Shown: positions 12,547-25,600 of the stretch, piece after piece
Position numbering within the stretch: the stretch's first letter is position 1
Layout: each line of letters opens with the position of its first letter
Origin: Vicugna vicugna
Lineage: Eukaryota
DNA length: 64,000 nt
Assembly: GCA_013265495.1 (NCBI GenBank)
Contig: MU058781.1
Coordinates: forward strand, 10,149,009-10,213,008
Direction: 5' to 3'
Made by a program: the position numbers and the translations under genes
Notes under the pieces: model-generated
Told to the model about the DNA's origin: nothing
The model's database searches: none
The model's input: the letters and a program-made list of their open reading frames with translations, nothing else

Positions 12547-13890
12547 GTCCAAAACATTATTATAAAATGGTCTCATCTCTCAGTTTCCCTGTGTTCTTTG
12601 TGGTTCACAGTGGATCTAAAATCTCAAAATGCCATTAATGAAGTTCATGGGCGCCAGTAGTAATATGAAAATTGATCAAGAGTGTAGGTCTTCATCAGGT
12701 ACCTATTACATGAGAGCTGGAAACATAAACAACACACAGTTGTCATAGGGGGAAGCTCCACAAATGTTTAAGGAAGTTTTTAAAACTTTGTGTTTTCTTG
12801 GATAATGAGCTGATTTCTTTTTCTGGATATGGAAGCAGCCAGTAGTATTTCTGAATTGAAGCCAGATCTGCCCCACTGGGGCAACTGATGGGGGGCGCTC
12901 CCCCAGGTCTTTTTGCTGTCTGCGTGTTCAGTGGTGCCGTCCTGGCTGACTGCTGAAGAGAACAGGATGCAGTCAGCTTCGAAGTGAATTTGCTGTGCTG
13001 TAAATGGTAATGCAGAGAGCACACAGGACCATTTTAGCCAGAAAATTGAAACATGCCATGACATGGCTATAAAACTCTTTGCCCCCAAACCAGTGTCATT
13101 CTGGCTTATAGTTGGGACCTCAACAAAGGAGGTGAATAATAAAAACAAACCAGTTGTAAGATGGTGTAAAGGAACTCTGATTGGTTAGGACAAACTTTGA
13201 GGTGCCAGATGATTCGATGTCTACCTAAACACAGAAGGAACTGGCTGGATGTCAGAGAACCTCAGAGTGTCTGTGGGTTTGTATGTGAATCTGGCTTCCC
13301 CTGCATGTCTGCGTATGTAGTGGGTGTCTTTGACCAGGTGTCAGAACAGTCAGGCCTTTGAAGGGATGACGGGTCAGCCTAATTGGTCTTTTCCAAGCAG
13401 TTGAGAGCATGCTGTTAAATTAAAAAGGAGCGATGGGTCAGTGTAAAGCCATTCACATGACGGAGATTAGCTGTTATGGTCCCACGAAGGCCCAAGCTAA
13501 GCATCCTTGCTCACCGCTCCTTCAGGGTACGAGGCTGCATCTGGCCGGCAGTGCGGCTCTTGGTTGCCCTCTGCAGGGACAAACATCCAGAGCCTTGTTT
13601 GGGGAAGAGGCTCCAGAGAATTGCAGGCCTTAGAAAGATATATATATACCCTTGTGGCAGTAAATTTCCAGGCATGCCTTGCTCTTTAAGGACCTATCCA
13701 GTGTGGGTGATTTAACCAGCAGGCAGTATTTCCAGGAACCAAGTTTAGTGCTTCAGATGTGCAAGGCATTGGCTGACTTGGGAAAATGGAGTCTTTCGGG
13801 CCTGGGACCAATAGGAGAATGATGAAGATTTGTTTTCCCCCTTTTCCTTTCATCAGAAGGCTATAGCTTTGTGGGGGTGATCTCAGGATA

Positions 13891-13901
13891 AAACAAAAAC
13901 A

Positions 13902-13935
<34 letters not shown>

Positions 13936-14706
13936 CATGCTTCTACATATTTAGCACTGATGTTAGTGGAACTAATGAAAAGCATATTGGTCACAGCAAC
14001 ATGGAAAATCAATTCTCAAGCTCTTTCTTATTCAGGTTTTTGATAGTACATTGCTCTCATCTGATACGTGAGGGTCGCAACATGAGTTTTAAATGGGTTG
14101 TGCTTTAGAGTGGAAATGAAGACACTTGCCCTGGGGTCACACACAATAATAAAGAGTGACCTCTTTCTTAAAATGGATGCTTTCCTTGGTCTTCAGTTTC
14201 AAGGCTGATAGGAAAGAACTTTAATAATTCTCTTCCATGAGGCTTTTTCTGGGTAATAGAAATCATCAGCTGAAAAATGACGTTTAATGCATTACACGTG
14301 CATAAACAAAAACACCACACACACACACACACACATATCATGCTTCTACATATTTAGCACTGATGTTAGTGGAACTAATGAAAAGCATATTGGTCACAGC
14401 AACATGGAAAATCAATTCTCAAGCTCTTTCTTATTCAGGTTTTTGATAGTACATTGCTCTCATCTGATACGTGAGGGTCGCAACATGAGTTTTAAATGGG
14501 TTGTGCTTTAGAGTGGAAATGAAGACACTTGCCCTGGGGTCACACACAATAATAAAGAGTGACCTCTTTCTTAAAATGGATGCTTTCCTTGGTCTTCAGT
14601 TTCAAGGCTGATAGGAAAGAACTTTAATAATTCTCTTCCATGAGGCTTTTTCTGGGTAATAGAAATCATCAGCTGAAAAATGACGTTTAATGCATTACAC
14701 GTGCAT
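13891..14706. repeat. Tandem duplication, 2 copies (13891-14303, 413 bp; 14304-14706, 403 bp)
   Basis: Direct comparison: identical apart from (CA)15 versus (CA)10 near the start of the unit. Confidence 0.97.
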
Positions 14707-15907
14707 TTATAAATTAATATATTGATTAACCTTTGGGATATTTTATGACTTCATGATGACCTAATGCTTTGTCATTTCCTCACGTTAGCAGAACCTGAAA
14801 CTAGTAATCCTGACTAGGTAAATGTGTACTCAAAGACAGAGCAGAGATACTGTCCCTAGCCTACAGCCGAAGAATACACGTTCCCATCAGAGGCATCTGC
14901 GTCAGTGTGTATTTAGGAAGTATGTGGAGAGGGGACATTTAGGGAACAGTGTGGGAATGAGTTCTATACAGACATCTACATTGTTGCTGTTTTTCTTTGT
15001 TGAAAGGAGATGAAAGCGTGTTCAGCCATTTGGGGTAAAAATGCAGTAAGAAATGTCTGTGGGGCCAAGGTGGCACATACGTGAGGAAGAATAGTAAGAT
15101 TTTAGAGGATTGGAAATAAAAGAAATGAGAACTAGGCAAGCAACCACTTGAAGCCTCAGCTTTCTGGTGTCTAGTTATAAATTTGAGTGATATTAACATT
15201 TCCAAAATGGATTCCACCGGAATGTGATTTCTGTTGGATGTAAGTATGGATCCCCCAAAGGTGCCATCATGAAACAGGTCGGACGAATTGAATAGTTGTA
15301 TTAACTGTTGGGCTTTCGGGTTTTCATATACCAGTAACAATGGGGATTTCCAAGAAGCTGACATGACGTACTACGTTCCCAACCTTGACCATGCAGCCTT
15401 TTTCTCCCCAGTGCTATAAAAGTGCTGATTTTCATTATTGTTAGTTTTTTTTCCCCTGGTTCCCAAATGATATGAAGACATGTTGAGAAGATAGTCCATA
15501 AAAAGAGACAGTATAAAATGGAAAGTAGATACAATAAGCCATGTAATTTGGGTGACAGTGACCTTGTTTTGCATCCCACAACATTATAGCAAATTATTAT
15601 TCTTATTTTTCCTTAGCTGTGTATACATTACCTTACTAGGATAAAGAAACTTAAGGTAGAAAAAAGAAGTCATTAGTAAGAAGAGAAAAGACTAGCTAGT
15701 GACATGGCAGTGAGAGAGTGTTCCGTGTTAGGTGGGTATTCTTGGAAAGCTGCACAGCAACACGTGGCTGGTTTGAAGGCAGCACAATAACCAGCCGCAA
15801 GACCGAAGCTCTTCCCCCTCTTCATTTCCCACCCTGCTAACTCGCACAGTATGCCAACGCCAGGCAGGCTCCCCGCACTGCGCCCGTTTGGGGCCTTCAT
15901 AATTAAG

Positions 15908-16160
15908 GGAGAAAATGTGGAATGTTCAAAGGTGAGCCACAGAGATGATTAAGTATAAGAAAACAAGCCCAATTTGAAAAGGTTAAATGACATAGGATTT
16001 TTTTTTAGCCTGGGGAAGAGTAAGTAGAGATGCCAGTTAACAGTGATTTCTACTCTGTGAAGTGTGGTTGAACAGGCGAAGGTGACCAGCTCTTCTCCGT
16101 GGTCGGTGTGGAAGGACAAGAGGACGTGTGCTTACCCTCCGGCCCTGAGGACTTATTTTA
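15908..16160 (+). mobile_element. L3/CR1 LINE ORF2 3' fragment
   Basis: GCCACAGAGATGATTAAG..GAAAAGGTTAAATGAC..TTTAGCCTGGGGAAGAG..GACCAGCTCTTCTCCGTG..GGACAAGAGG matches the recalled CR1/L3 3' ORF2 pattern. Confidence 0.7.
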
Positions 16161-16259
16161 CTGAAGGGGGACGGATGGTTTTGCGCCATGCCTGCAGTTA
16201 CTTCCCATTTGATTAGGTCAAAATATACTTTCCAAAGGGTACTTTACCAATGAGTAACT

Positions 16260-16500
16260 AATAGTGTTAACCTTTATTAAATTCTATTACAGGCAAAGTA
16301 CCATCCTGGGCACTTTACATACATTATATTATTTAATTTTCACATGAGCTTTTTGAGAAATATGTTTTTCTCTGTATTTTATAGATGTAAAAAATAAGCC
16401 TTAACGATATCACTAGTATCCCTATATAGTGAAGTCACTTTTCAAAGCCAGATCTGCCTGACTTCCAAAGCCGTGACGCCGAGCCCGTGATGCACAACTT
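16260..16500 (-). mobile_element. MIR SINE
   Basis: CCTTTATTAAATTCTATTAC..GCACTTTACATACATTAT..ATTTTATAGATG..TTCAAAGCCAGATCTGCCTGACTTCCAAAGCC. Confidence 0.75.
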
Positions 16501-17575
16501 CCCCGCTGCCAGGGCTCCTTGGGTGGGTCAGTTAATATTTCCTTGAGTCTGTTTCTCAGCAATAATATGTAATACAGATCTACTGTGGTAAGTAGACCAA
16601 AGGAAGGGTAAACAAGTAACTGGCTTTGCCTTTCTTTCTTGGTACAAGGAGACAAGTGCGCTCTTACTGGGGAGGAGCGACTGCGGTGGTTCTGGGTGGC
16701 TCTGGGGGAGGAAGATGGGGTGTCCTGGGACCTTCACTACTGCCCCGCGTCTTGCCTTGACTTTCACTGATTCTGCCAGCGAAGACAAACGGTGGGAGGT
16801 GAGACTGTGTATTGGAAGCTTGAGTCCTGATGGAGAGGGTCTGTAACTAAAGGACCCTTGGGTGCTTTGTGTAAGAAGTTGCTGAGAAAGATATTATATG
16901 AAGTCCCTGAAGGTCAGTGCCACCTCCTTGCACAAAGTCTAAGTAGTTAATGAAATTCCAGCTGCACGTAACGTTGCTGTGAAAATATGTGTGAGTTTGC
17001 ATGACTGTATCCGACTTTGAGAATCTGATTCAAGGCAGTAAATCAGCAGTAAAGAGAAAGAGAAGAGTGGTGCAACATTAGAAATGCTATCTAAATCTTC
17101 ACTATGTAGCCTTAATTTATATTAAGAGAGCGCCAGTCCCTTAAGATGTATTATGTAGAATGTGGGTGACACTAATGAAGTTCGGGAGCCCATGCAGACT
17201 TGGAATAGCTATCCGTGTTTCTTACTACTTGTTTTAGTTTTCTGATCACCCTCCTGGGAAGAATCCAGCAGGTCTGGCAGGAGGTATCCTAGGGATCTGA
17301 GCTCGGCAGAAGATCTGTACAGTGTTTGATGTAGACTCCAAATTCTAGATCATGCTGTCTTCATCCTGAGGCAGTGCCTTGAGTCTGTTGTTGTGGTGCA
17401 TGGAACCAGGGCAGCATCCTGCCAGAAATCCAAGTCAGAGAATCAGGGCAAATAAGTGAGAGCATCTTACCAAATGGGATCCACAGCATGAGGTCAAGCA
17501 GCTGGTGCTGAAGAATGGTATGTGGGGATATTTGAATAAAACTGGAAAAAAAGAGCCTACAGGAATGGTCCAACA

Positions 17576-17708
17576 GTGTGTGTGTGTGTGTGTGTGTATG
17601 TGTGTATATATGTGTATATGTATGTATGCATATGTGTGTGTGTGTGTGTACATATATATATACGTCTATATCTATATCTATATCTATATCTATATCTATA
17701 TCTATATC
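17576..17708. repeat. Compound microsatellite (TG)n/(TA)n/(TATATC)n
   Basis: Read directly from the sequence. Confidence 0.95.
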
Positions 17709-17829
17709 TCAACTGAATTCTTGCCAGGCTCATTTCATCACATCACACAGGAGACCTCTACTCAAGTTTTCAGTGGCATTGCATCTTCTTACACCTGATT
17801 TCCATTGACTTATAGGCCATTTGTCTGAT

Positions 17830-18450
17830 ATCTTTTTTTATCATCTTCCTATCCCACTTGGAAGAAAAACATACTGAAAAATTGAATCTACTTTCCTGAT
17901 GTTCATCATTACCTTGCCTACTCAATAATGAGTCTGACAGAACCCCCAAAGTTGCTGTCTGTCAGTACTGCAAACACACAGAATTGCACACCAGCATCAT
18001 TGGCTCATCAGTGTCTTTTATCAGGTTGCTCAGCAGAATTACTGATTGTCCCTGATAAACTGCCTCTTTAGTTGTTCTCAGTGGCTCTGGCAAACTTGCA
18101 CAATTCTCAGGGTCTCCTTCCTCTCCCTGGTTACCTTCTCTCTCAGCAGATTAACTGTTTTTCATCTCATTTAATTAAAAATATAAAATGGAAGAGGCTC
18201 TCAGGCCTGAAGTCCTTCAACTCTAAATCCATATCTGCAGAGTGCTCACCTCTTTTATCTCCAAAGAAGAGGGACCCTCATCCTCTCTAAAATGGTTCTT
18301 TCCACCTGGGTCCTGAGTCCCACAGCTGCCCTCCTCCCCAGAGACCTTGCTCCAGTAACCCACACCGTCCTTTCCTACTTCTTCAACACCCTCATCCTCC
18401 ACCTCTCTTCTCCCTTGGCATAGACACATGGGGAAGTATCACCCATATTT
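17830..18450 (+). mobile_element. L2 LINE fragment
   Basis: Pyrimidine-rich L2-like motifs, e.g. CTGCCCTCCTCCCCAGAGACCTTGCTCCAG..CTTCTTCAACACCCTC. Highly diverged. Confidence 0.5.
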
Positions 18451-18484
18451 TTAGAAAGACCTCCTTTTCATAGTACTACTCTCT

Positions 18485-18835
18485 ATAAAGGAATGAGGTT
18501 TTGATATATCTACAGAGTGGATGAACCTTGAAAATATCATACTAACTGAAAGAAGCCAGTCACAGGAGGCTACGTATGGTATAATCTAATTCATATTAAG
18601 TATCCAGAAGAGGAAACTGACAGAGGAAGAAAGCAGATTTGTTGTTGCCAGGGCTGCAGGTGGGGAGAAAGGGGATTTACTGGTTGTGGATTTTTCTTTT
18701 GGGGATAATGAAAATATTCTGGGACTAGATAGCAGTGATGGTTTCACAACATTCAATGCCATTGACTTTACCCTTTTAAATGGGTAAAATGCTAAATTCT
18801 AGGTTATGTGTATTTTACCAGAATAAAAAAAAATT
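18485..18835 (+). mobile_element. L1MB-like 3' end
   Basis: GGATGAACCTTGAAAATATCATACTAACTGAAAGAAGCCAGTCAC..GTTATGTGTATTTTACCAGAATAAAAAAAAA. Confidence 0.9.
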
Positions 18836-20089
18836 ACTGTGCATAAATAGAATTTGATGATTCATATAATCAGGTAGAGTGGTAACTCTTTTTAGCTGGT
18901 TAAGGAAATATAATGAAAAGATTCTCAGCCATACTTAGGTACCACTGAACTCTTTACACTATTGTTTCTTCTTCATGCTCTGAGATACTAATTGTTTTCA
19001 CAAAGCTCCGGAAATAGGGAGGGACCAGGAGTAGATGAAAAAAAAATGTGTTCAAGGTTCATATCTTGAAATCACAGAAAAAGACATTAAAGTATTTGAA
19101 AAAGTATGAATTGTAAGACTCTCTTTGAAGTGCTCATGTTTAGTTAGCTATTGTTTTAATATTTATACTTTATTATTGAAATGAAAACTTTAGTGATTTC
19201 CTAGGGCAAGGATTATGGATGTATGCTTTGCAAGAAGGAGAAAAAAAGGAGCCATTCAGCAAGATATATACAATTTTTTTAAATATAGGTTTGTAAGCAA
19301 CAGCCTTTTGGAATACATGAAAGACATCTCCTATGAAAGGAACATTTTATTTTCTTGTCAAGGAAGGCTAAAATGTTTCATTCCTTGTAAAACACATTGA
19401 GAACACATTTGTTTCTAACTGACTGTTGATTAATTCCTGCATAACATGCTGACTATTTTTAGGGGGAAAGAAACCTTTTTTTTTTTTTTTTAAGAACAAA
19501 TTGAGTTTGTATTGATGAGACTTCATCAGTATGGCTTAAGCTCTCATCCAGTTCTGCTCTTTTAAATTGCAATGAATGCAGGTTCCCAATCGCTAACTCC
19601 ATCTTACAAACATAACGTGCCAGACTCAACTGCTGTCATAAATGACGTTTTTAGGAACACTCTACCCTTGCAGAGATGTCTTTGATATTCCCATTTCTAC
19701 TTCGTGGGCATAAAGGCTTGTGTTTTCACATAGAAGTAAGCTGTGTTCACCTGTTTGGATACCATTTATGAAAGAGAGGTGGAAGGCAGTGGCGGCTTAT
19801 TAGATTTGCTTGATATCAGTGTCTGCATTTTAAAATGTAGGTATCAGATGAACCTAGAGCAGAAATCAATATTTAATAGCACATTATTAATATAGATGAT
19901 AGAATGCAATATGCATATGAAATACACACATATTTTGTATGTATGTTAAATATAGCATCTGAATTTTATGAGGTAGAAATAAAGATCTGGTTCCTCTGTA
20001 CTTTCAGGCAAATGGGAGGATTTTTCTAGTAATAACAATCTGCCTTGATTTAGCCAGTGAAATTTGAATGACCGTAACGTCTAGATGAG

Positions 20090-20303
20090 AACCAGTGGGC
20101 AATTCTTCATCAGCCTTTCCACAATCCTGACCATCAGAAATGGGTCAGCTGCTGGAAACTCTGTCATCATGAGTTCTTATTTGAGGAAAACATGAAACTC
20201 AGCTTCAGCTGAATCAAAATGAACATGTTGCAGAAGTGAGTTTTAGATCATTAAGACGTAGGAATTGTTTGTTACAGTAGCATAGCCTTCTTTTGCTGAG
20301 ACA
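20090..20303 (+). mobile_element. Old MLT1 LTR 3' remnant
   Basis: Ends TTGTTTGTTACAGTAGCATAGCC..CTGAGACA, an MLT1J/K/L-type terminus. Confidence 0.5.
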
Positions 20304-21981
20304 GTACGTTGTAGACTTAAGCACTATCTACAATGCAATATGTAACATATGTTGTATGAATGCATTTAGAAAGTATATCAAGTGTTATAATACAAAATAT
20401 GGTAGTATACACACATTCCTATATTCTTTCAACAGTAATTTTCTTCTCTTCAAGAAACTGGTGTAACCCTGTACTAGTATAGGGATGCGTTCACCCTGGC
20501 TCCCATCGAGGTCCTCTCCGTTTGTCATCAAGTTCAGCGTGATTGATGGCCCTATTTCTGTGTGCTAGGCTGAATCATAATCAGCATTAGACATTAGGCA
20601 TATTACTTCTCCGTATAAAAGCCGACATGTATTACAGAGAGTTCTCATTAAGTCTGAAATTTTTGGAAATTTAAATCTACAAATTACATCTTCAATATTT
20701 TATTGAAATTACCTGAGCTGTTCTCTGTTTCTGATTATTGATTATTCAGAAATTGAAAAATCCTGCAAATACGGTTGTGCCTGTGTTTCTGAAAGTCCGC
20801 TGAAGAATGCTTCTCGTGGCCTTTTCGTTGCCTCCCTAGGGTTTTGCTTGTCTCCTTGGGATTTTTCTTGCAAGTTTCATTGTCATAGAACCTTGTAATT
20901 CTCTTTCACGGCAACATCACAGTGGTGATTATGTATTTATGTGAGCAGTCATTTTTTTAAATGTCTCAAGAATTAGGCTGTCAGTTCTAGGAGTATCTGC
21001 TTTGTTTACTCCTTTGTCCCCAGAGGCCAGCACCAGGCTTGTCACACAGTAAGTTTTTAATAAATATTTATTAAATGACTGAGAGAATTTTCCAAAGTTA
21101 ATTTCTTCTCAGCTGTGTTTTTTTTTCCCCCCTCCTCCCAGGGCCACTTCTGTTTACATGAGACTTCAGTGGAAATCTATGGAAAAATGAATTGTGTGAT
21201 TAGTCTAGACTTCTTTTTTTCCCTTCCCTCCATCCCACCTGACTTCATCTGGTACATGATAGCAACATAACTGAATTATGCATGTGGTTCTGAATACCAA
21301 GCACGTAAAACCATGTAAATCACTTCATTTTTTAACTTTTTTATGACTGTGATTTATGGTGAGACTGGATGTCAAGAGGGAGTGTTGCATTTGTAATTAG
21401 AAAGCGAAACAGATGTTAAAGCCTTCGTTTTAAATGATGTTTCCATTATAATAGTCCTCCTTGCTCACTGATCATTTTCTAGTTCACCTATTGAAATTCT
21501 CCCTGAAAAGATCTGGGTCTCAAGATAATGCTCACCATATGAGGGCTTCACCGCAGTGCAACACTGAAAAATTTCTGATTCATTACAGTTATAAAACCAG
21601 ACCCCCAAAGAGCCCATGCGTAAAGGCACAGAAACAAATAAAGAAAAAAATAATTTTTTTTTCCGGGACCCAAAGTACTGGATGTATCATCATGTTTACA
21701 CACTGATTTTTGGACTCTGAGTTACAACAGACTTTACCTAGCTTATTATCTTGATCAGCATTCACGTTTTCTAGCTGATCAAAGGACAGAAGAAAGAAAA
21801 CCTGTACCCTAAATCAGCCTAGCCCTGTTCAAAGCTAAAATTGCTAGGGTAATCAAGTGTGTCTCAGCACACTGAGTTATGTGATGAAGAATACCATTTG
21901 TGCTCGCCCCACGTGTTCCCGAGTCAGAGCATGGGTCACACAGGCTGCCCGGATGGAGGCTGGGCTGCCTTGGCTTGCTTC

Positions 21982-22620
21982 TGTTGCAGGAAAATGGGGT
22001 GCGAGAGGATGGTTGTGTCCTAGGTCTCCGGCATGTCCTTGGGACGTGCCCACCAACTGAGTGTCCTTGGCGTTCTGCAGGAAAGAATTCAAGAATGAAC
22101 CATATAGTAAAGTAAAAGCAAGTTTATTTGGAGACATACACACTCCACAGACAGAGTGTGGCTGTCCTGAAAGGCAGGAGAGGTGGCCTCAGGGCATGGG
22201 GTCATCTCCGAAAGTGAGAGCAACCTCGGCGATACACATTCCATAGGCAGAACGTAGGTCATCTCAAGAGGCCAGAGAGGCCCCAGGTGTGGGGGTGGTT
22301 AGTTTTTAATGGCTGGTAATTTCATATGCTAACATGTAGGAGGATCATTCCAGCTGTTTTGGGGAAGGGGCTGGGATTTTCAGGAATTGGGCCACTGACT
22401 GCCCACTTTTTAACCTTTTATGGTCAGCCTCGGAGCTGCCACGGCACCTGTGGGAATGCCACTTAGCGTGCTAATATATTACAGCGAGCGTGTACTGAAA
22501 CTCAGGGTCTACTGGAAGTCAGGTCTTCCGCTGTCTTGGTTCTAAATAGTTTATGTCCTATCCTTAGTTTCTGTGTCATTCTTTTAATGGTTGTGCCCTG
22601 TCCCCTCCCCTCCTGTCTCA
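21982..22620 (-). mobile_element. Solo LTR, ERV1-class
   Basis: TG...CA termini and 4-bp TSD CTTC (21978-21981 / 22621-22624). Minus-strand AATAAA at 22123-22128; the minus strand starts TGAGACAGGAGGGG. Confidence 0.85.
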
Positions 22621-25600
22621 CTTCTGGTTTGCTGACACTGACACTGGGCACTAGAAAGGATGTGGTCCTGTTGATTTTATTTCTGTTAGGATTTGTAAGA
22701 GAATGGTGTCATTGAATAGGAATAGATATGGAAATGTTGGGAGGGGACTATCAGAAATAGCTTTAGACCCACTCATCTCTCCCTCTGCTTCCTTCACGCT
22801 GCTCCCACCCCTCACCTTGAAAATGGGGCAGTATAGACGTGTCTGGCTGAGGTTGGAAAGAACTTGAGTGATTGCAAATATGTCTAAATGGGGAGACTTG
22901 AGAACAAATGCATGCCTGTCTTTCCACCTAGAATACATCACGAGGACAGGCATTCATGTCTATTCTGTTTGTCATTATATCTCCAGTGCCCAACACAGTC
23001 AGTGGTAGATGGTAGAGTCTTAGTAATTAATTATTATTAGACCATCTAACACACCAGCCATGTTACTCCATAGTAAATGGTCGCCTGCTAGTTGTGAACA
23101 TTGAGTCAAGTAGACCCAGATTTTAGGCTCCATAAAGCACTAAAAATATTTAGAACCAGATCTCAGATGTGAGTCTGCAGACAAGCTTCTCTTGCCTTGA
23201 GGGGAAAACATTTTTTTTGGTCTGGTTTCACCAGTGGAAATAGTTGTCCACATCTGAACCTGGACGAGCCAGTCTGCTCCTTCCTCAAATAGAATGCTAC
23301 TCTTTGGAAGGAGTGAACATCAGCCAGTGAGCAATGGAACTCCCTGGGAGATAGGAAAGTCAGGTAATGAATTACAGAGATGCAGTGAACGAAGCTGCTT
23401 TGCTGTGACATTGGAGTGCTGGTGGCAGTAAGATGTTGGCCAAGCCCACTTGATAAAGCACACGAGAAGACAAATTTAACCTTCGAGCATAAGATCCTGT
23501 ACAAATGCGTGTGTGTGTGCTCACATCACTCTTTGATCAGTTAATGGAACCCCCTCAGGAAAACACATTTTCATCCCCAAATGGCTGAGACAAGTTTTTC
23601 ACCTTTTGCTTTACATCCTTTGCCAACGCCCCTTGATTCTCGGAGTCACCCTCTATTCTACTTCAGAAAGAGTTGTCTGTTTATTATCCCTATTGTGTAC
23701 AGAAGAAAAAGAAGAAAAAGCTTTTAAATAGAGCATTGCAAATTTGCCCAGAATATATATCATTGTGTAGAAAAATGATTGTGTACAAGAGCAGACCTGC
23801 AAAATCCCCTTCATTTACCGGGAGTTGTTCTCAATTAGAGGAATTTTTCAAGCTCACCCCTTTTCATAAGTGTGGGCATCGTTCTTCCTCTGATAAAGAG
23901 CCATCTATCAGGTAACACATCAATTTTTAATTAATTAGTGCTCCAATCTTTTCAGACAATGAGGGCTTCATTTTATTTCTGTCAATAAGCTGGAAGAATA
24001 AATACCTAGTTCATAGGTGACTCAATGCTGTAAGCAAAAATATTTTACTGTAAACTACATGAAACCAGCCTTCAAAGTTGATTAAAAAAATCAAGGCTTC
24101 TTCAAATTAGGGTAGCAATCTCATTCTCCCTGGGCATTGTCGCTGTCACTTTGTATATGTTTAGATGCTCTAATTATAACTTGGGAATCGCTCACAGGAG
24201 TGAAGGATCCAGCATCAGAGTACTGGCTGTCGATTAAGGATGGCCAAGATGGAGAACCTGGTTTCTAAAACCCTACTTTTGAGTTGATACAATTTGAATC
24301 AAAAGAGAGGCAGGGTAACTTGTCATTGGGGTTCTGGGGAACACTTCTGCTTATATGTATCCCTTAGAAAGAAAAAGCAAGATTGAGTTACTTATTATTG
24401 ATGGACTTTTTGCTCCTCTTATTCCTATTCTCCCACCTGAATTTTTGAATAGTCATGATGATCAGATCGGGACAGGCAGTGCCATTTTTGCATGAGACAA
24501 TCTGGTGTCTGTCTTGTTTGTTTCACCTGGTAGGTCAGTGCCTCTCCATTAGCACCCGTACTGCTGTGCAGGGTCTAGCGCGTGGCAGCTGGGCGTCTGT
24601 AGGTGATGGCTTCCAGGTGTTAGCCTACAGAAAATCGCTGAAAGTCAATGCAAACGTCAGAGCTCTCGACAGTCAGCTGCAAAAGCCTCGCAGGCAAGGT
24701 CATGGTTTTGGTACTCATAGCAGAAACTGAAGAGAAACTCTGAAAGCACTACCCACATTGTCCCAGAGGGAGAGCTGACAAAAGTTTTGCTCCACTGCAG
24801 AAAAATGCTTCACACACATAAAATGTCCACTGCTCCCGGAGGCAAGAGATGGAGTTTAAAGTGTGCGTTTGAAGGAAAGCAAAAACTACCTCCACATGTG
24901 GCAGGTAAATGAGTCTTTTCTAAGTGAAGGCTCCTTTGTCTCTTGGCAACTCAGCATTTATTCCTTCATGCTCAGTGATGAGAAATTTCCCCCTTCCAAA
25001 ATTCAAGCCATCTGTCCTCTTAGCAACATAATCAATCCTAGCCAATAAATCACCCCACCCAATGTTCTTGACAACACAAATTCTGCAGCATGTTAAAACG
25101 TTATAACAAGTGACACGTGGTATGATCTATGCGGCCACGTAGTGCTAGCCGCTTCGTCCAGCTGGGAAATTGCTATGGTCTCCTAAATCTTCATAATTTT
25201 GAGCACTTATGTTTGCTGAACAGACTTTGAAAAATGTGTCAGTTATGTGGAATTTTTAAACCATGCACCCATGGAAGACACATTCAGCTTTCCCTGGAAG
25301 TAGTCATTGGGATCAAAATGTCTTTTTAGTTCTTTCTGTGGTCAAGCAGTCAGAGAGTTACTAAAAAATTGACAATCTAGAAGCCAGTTAATAACGCAAA
25401 ATGGCTTCTTATGGTAGAATATAAACCTTTTTTTTAGCCTGGCTTATTTTGTATATAGTTCTATGTCTTGAAGTCATGTTTTACAAATGAAATATGCTGC
25501 CCCTAGCTCTGAGACTATATATAGTGGCTTGCAAATATTAAGCCATTAATATCCTCAGTGTCCTGAGGGCAGACATGTTGGGAGCACTCTATTTCAGAAA

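Noticed and set aside
12925..12960. Non-canonical REST/NRSE-like site on the minus strand (TTCAGCAG..GGACGGCACC)
   Set aside because: Both half-sites are mismatched and the spacing is atypical.
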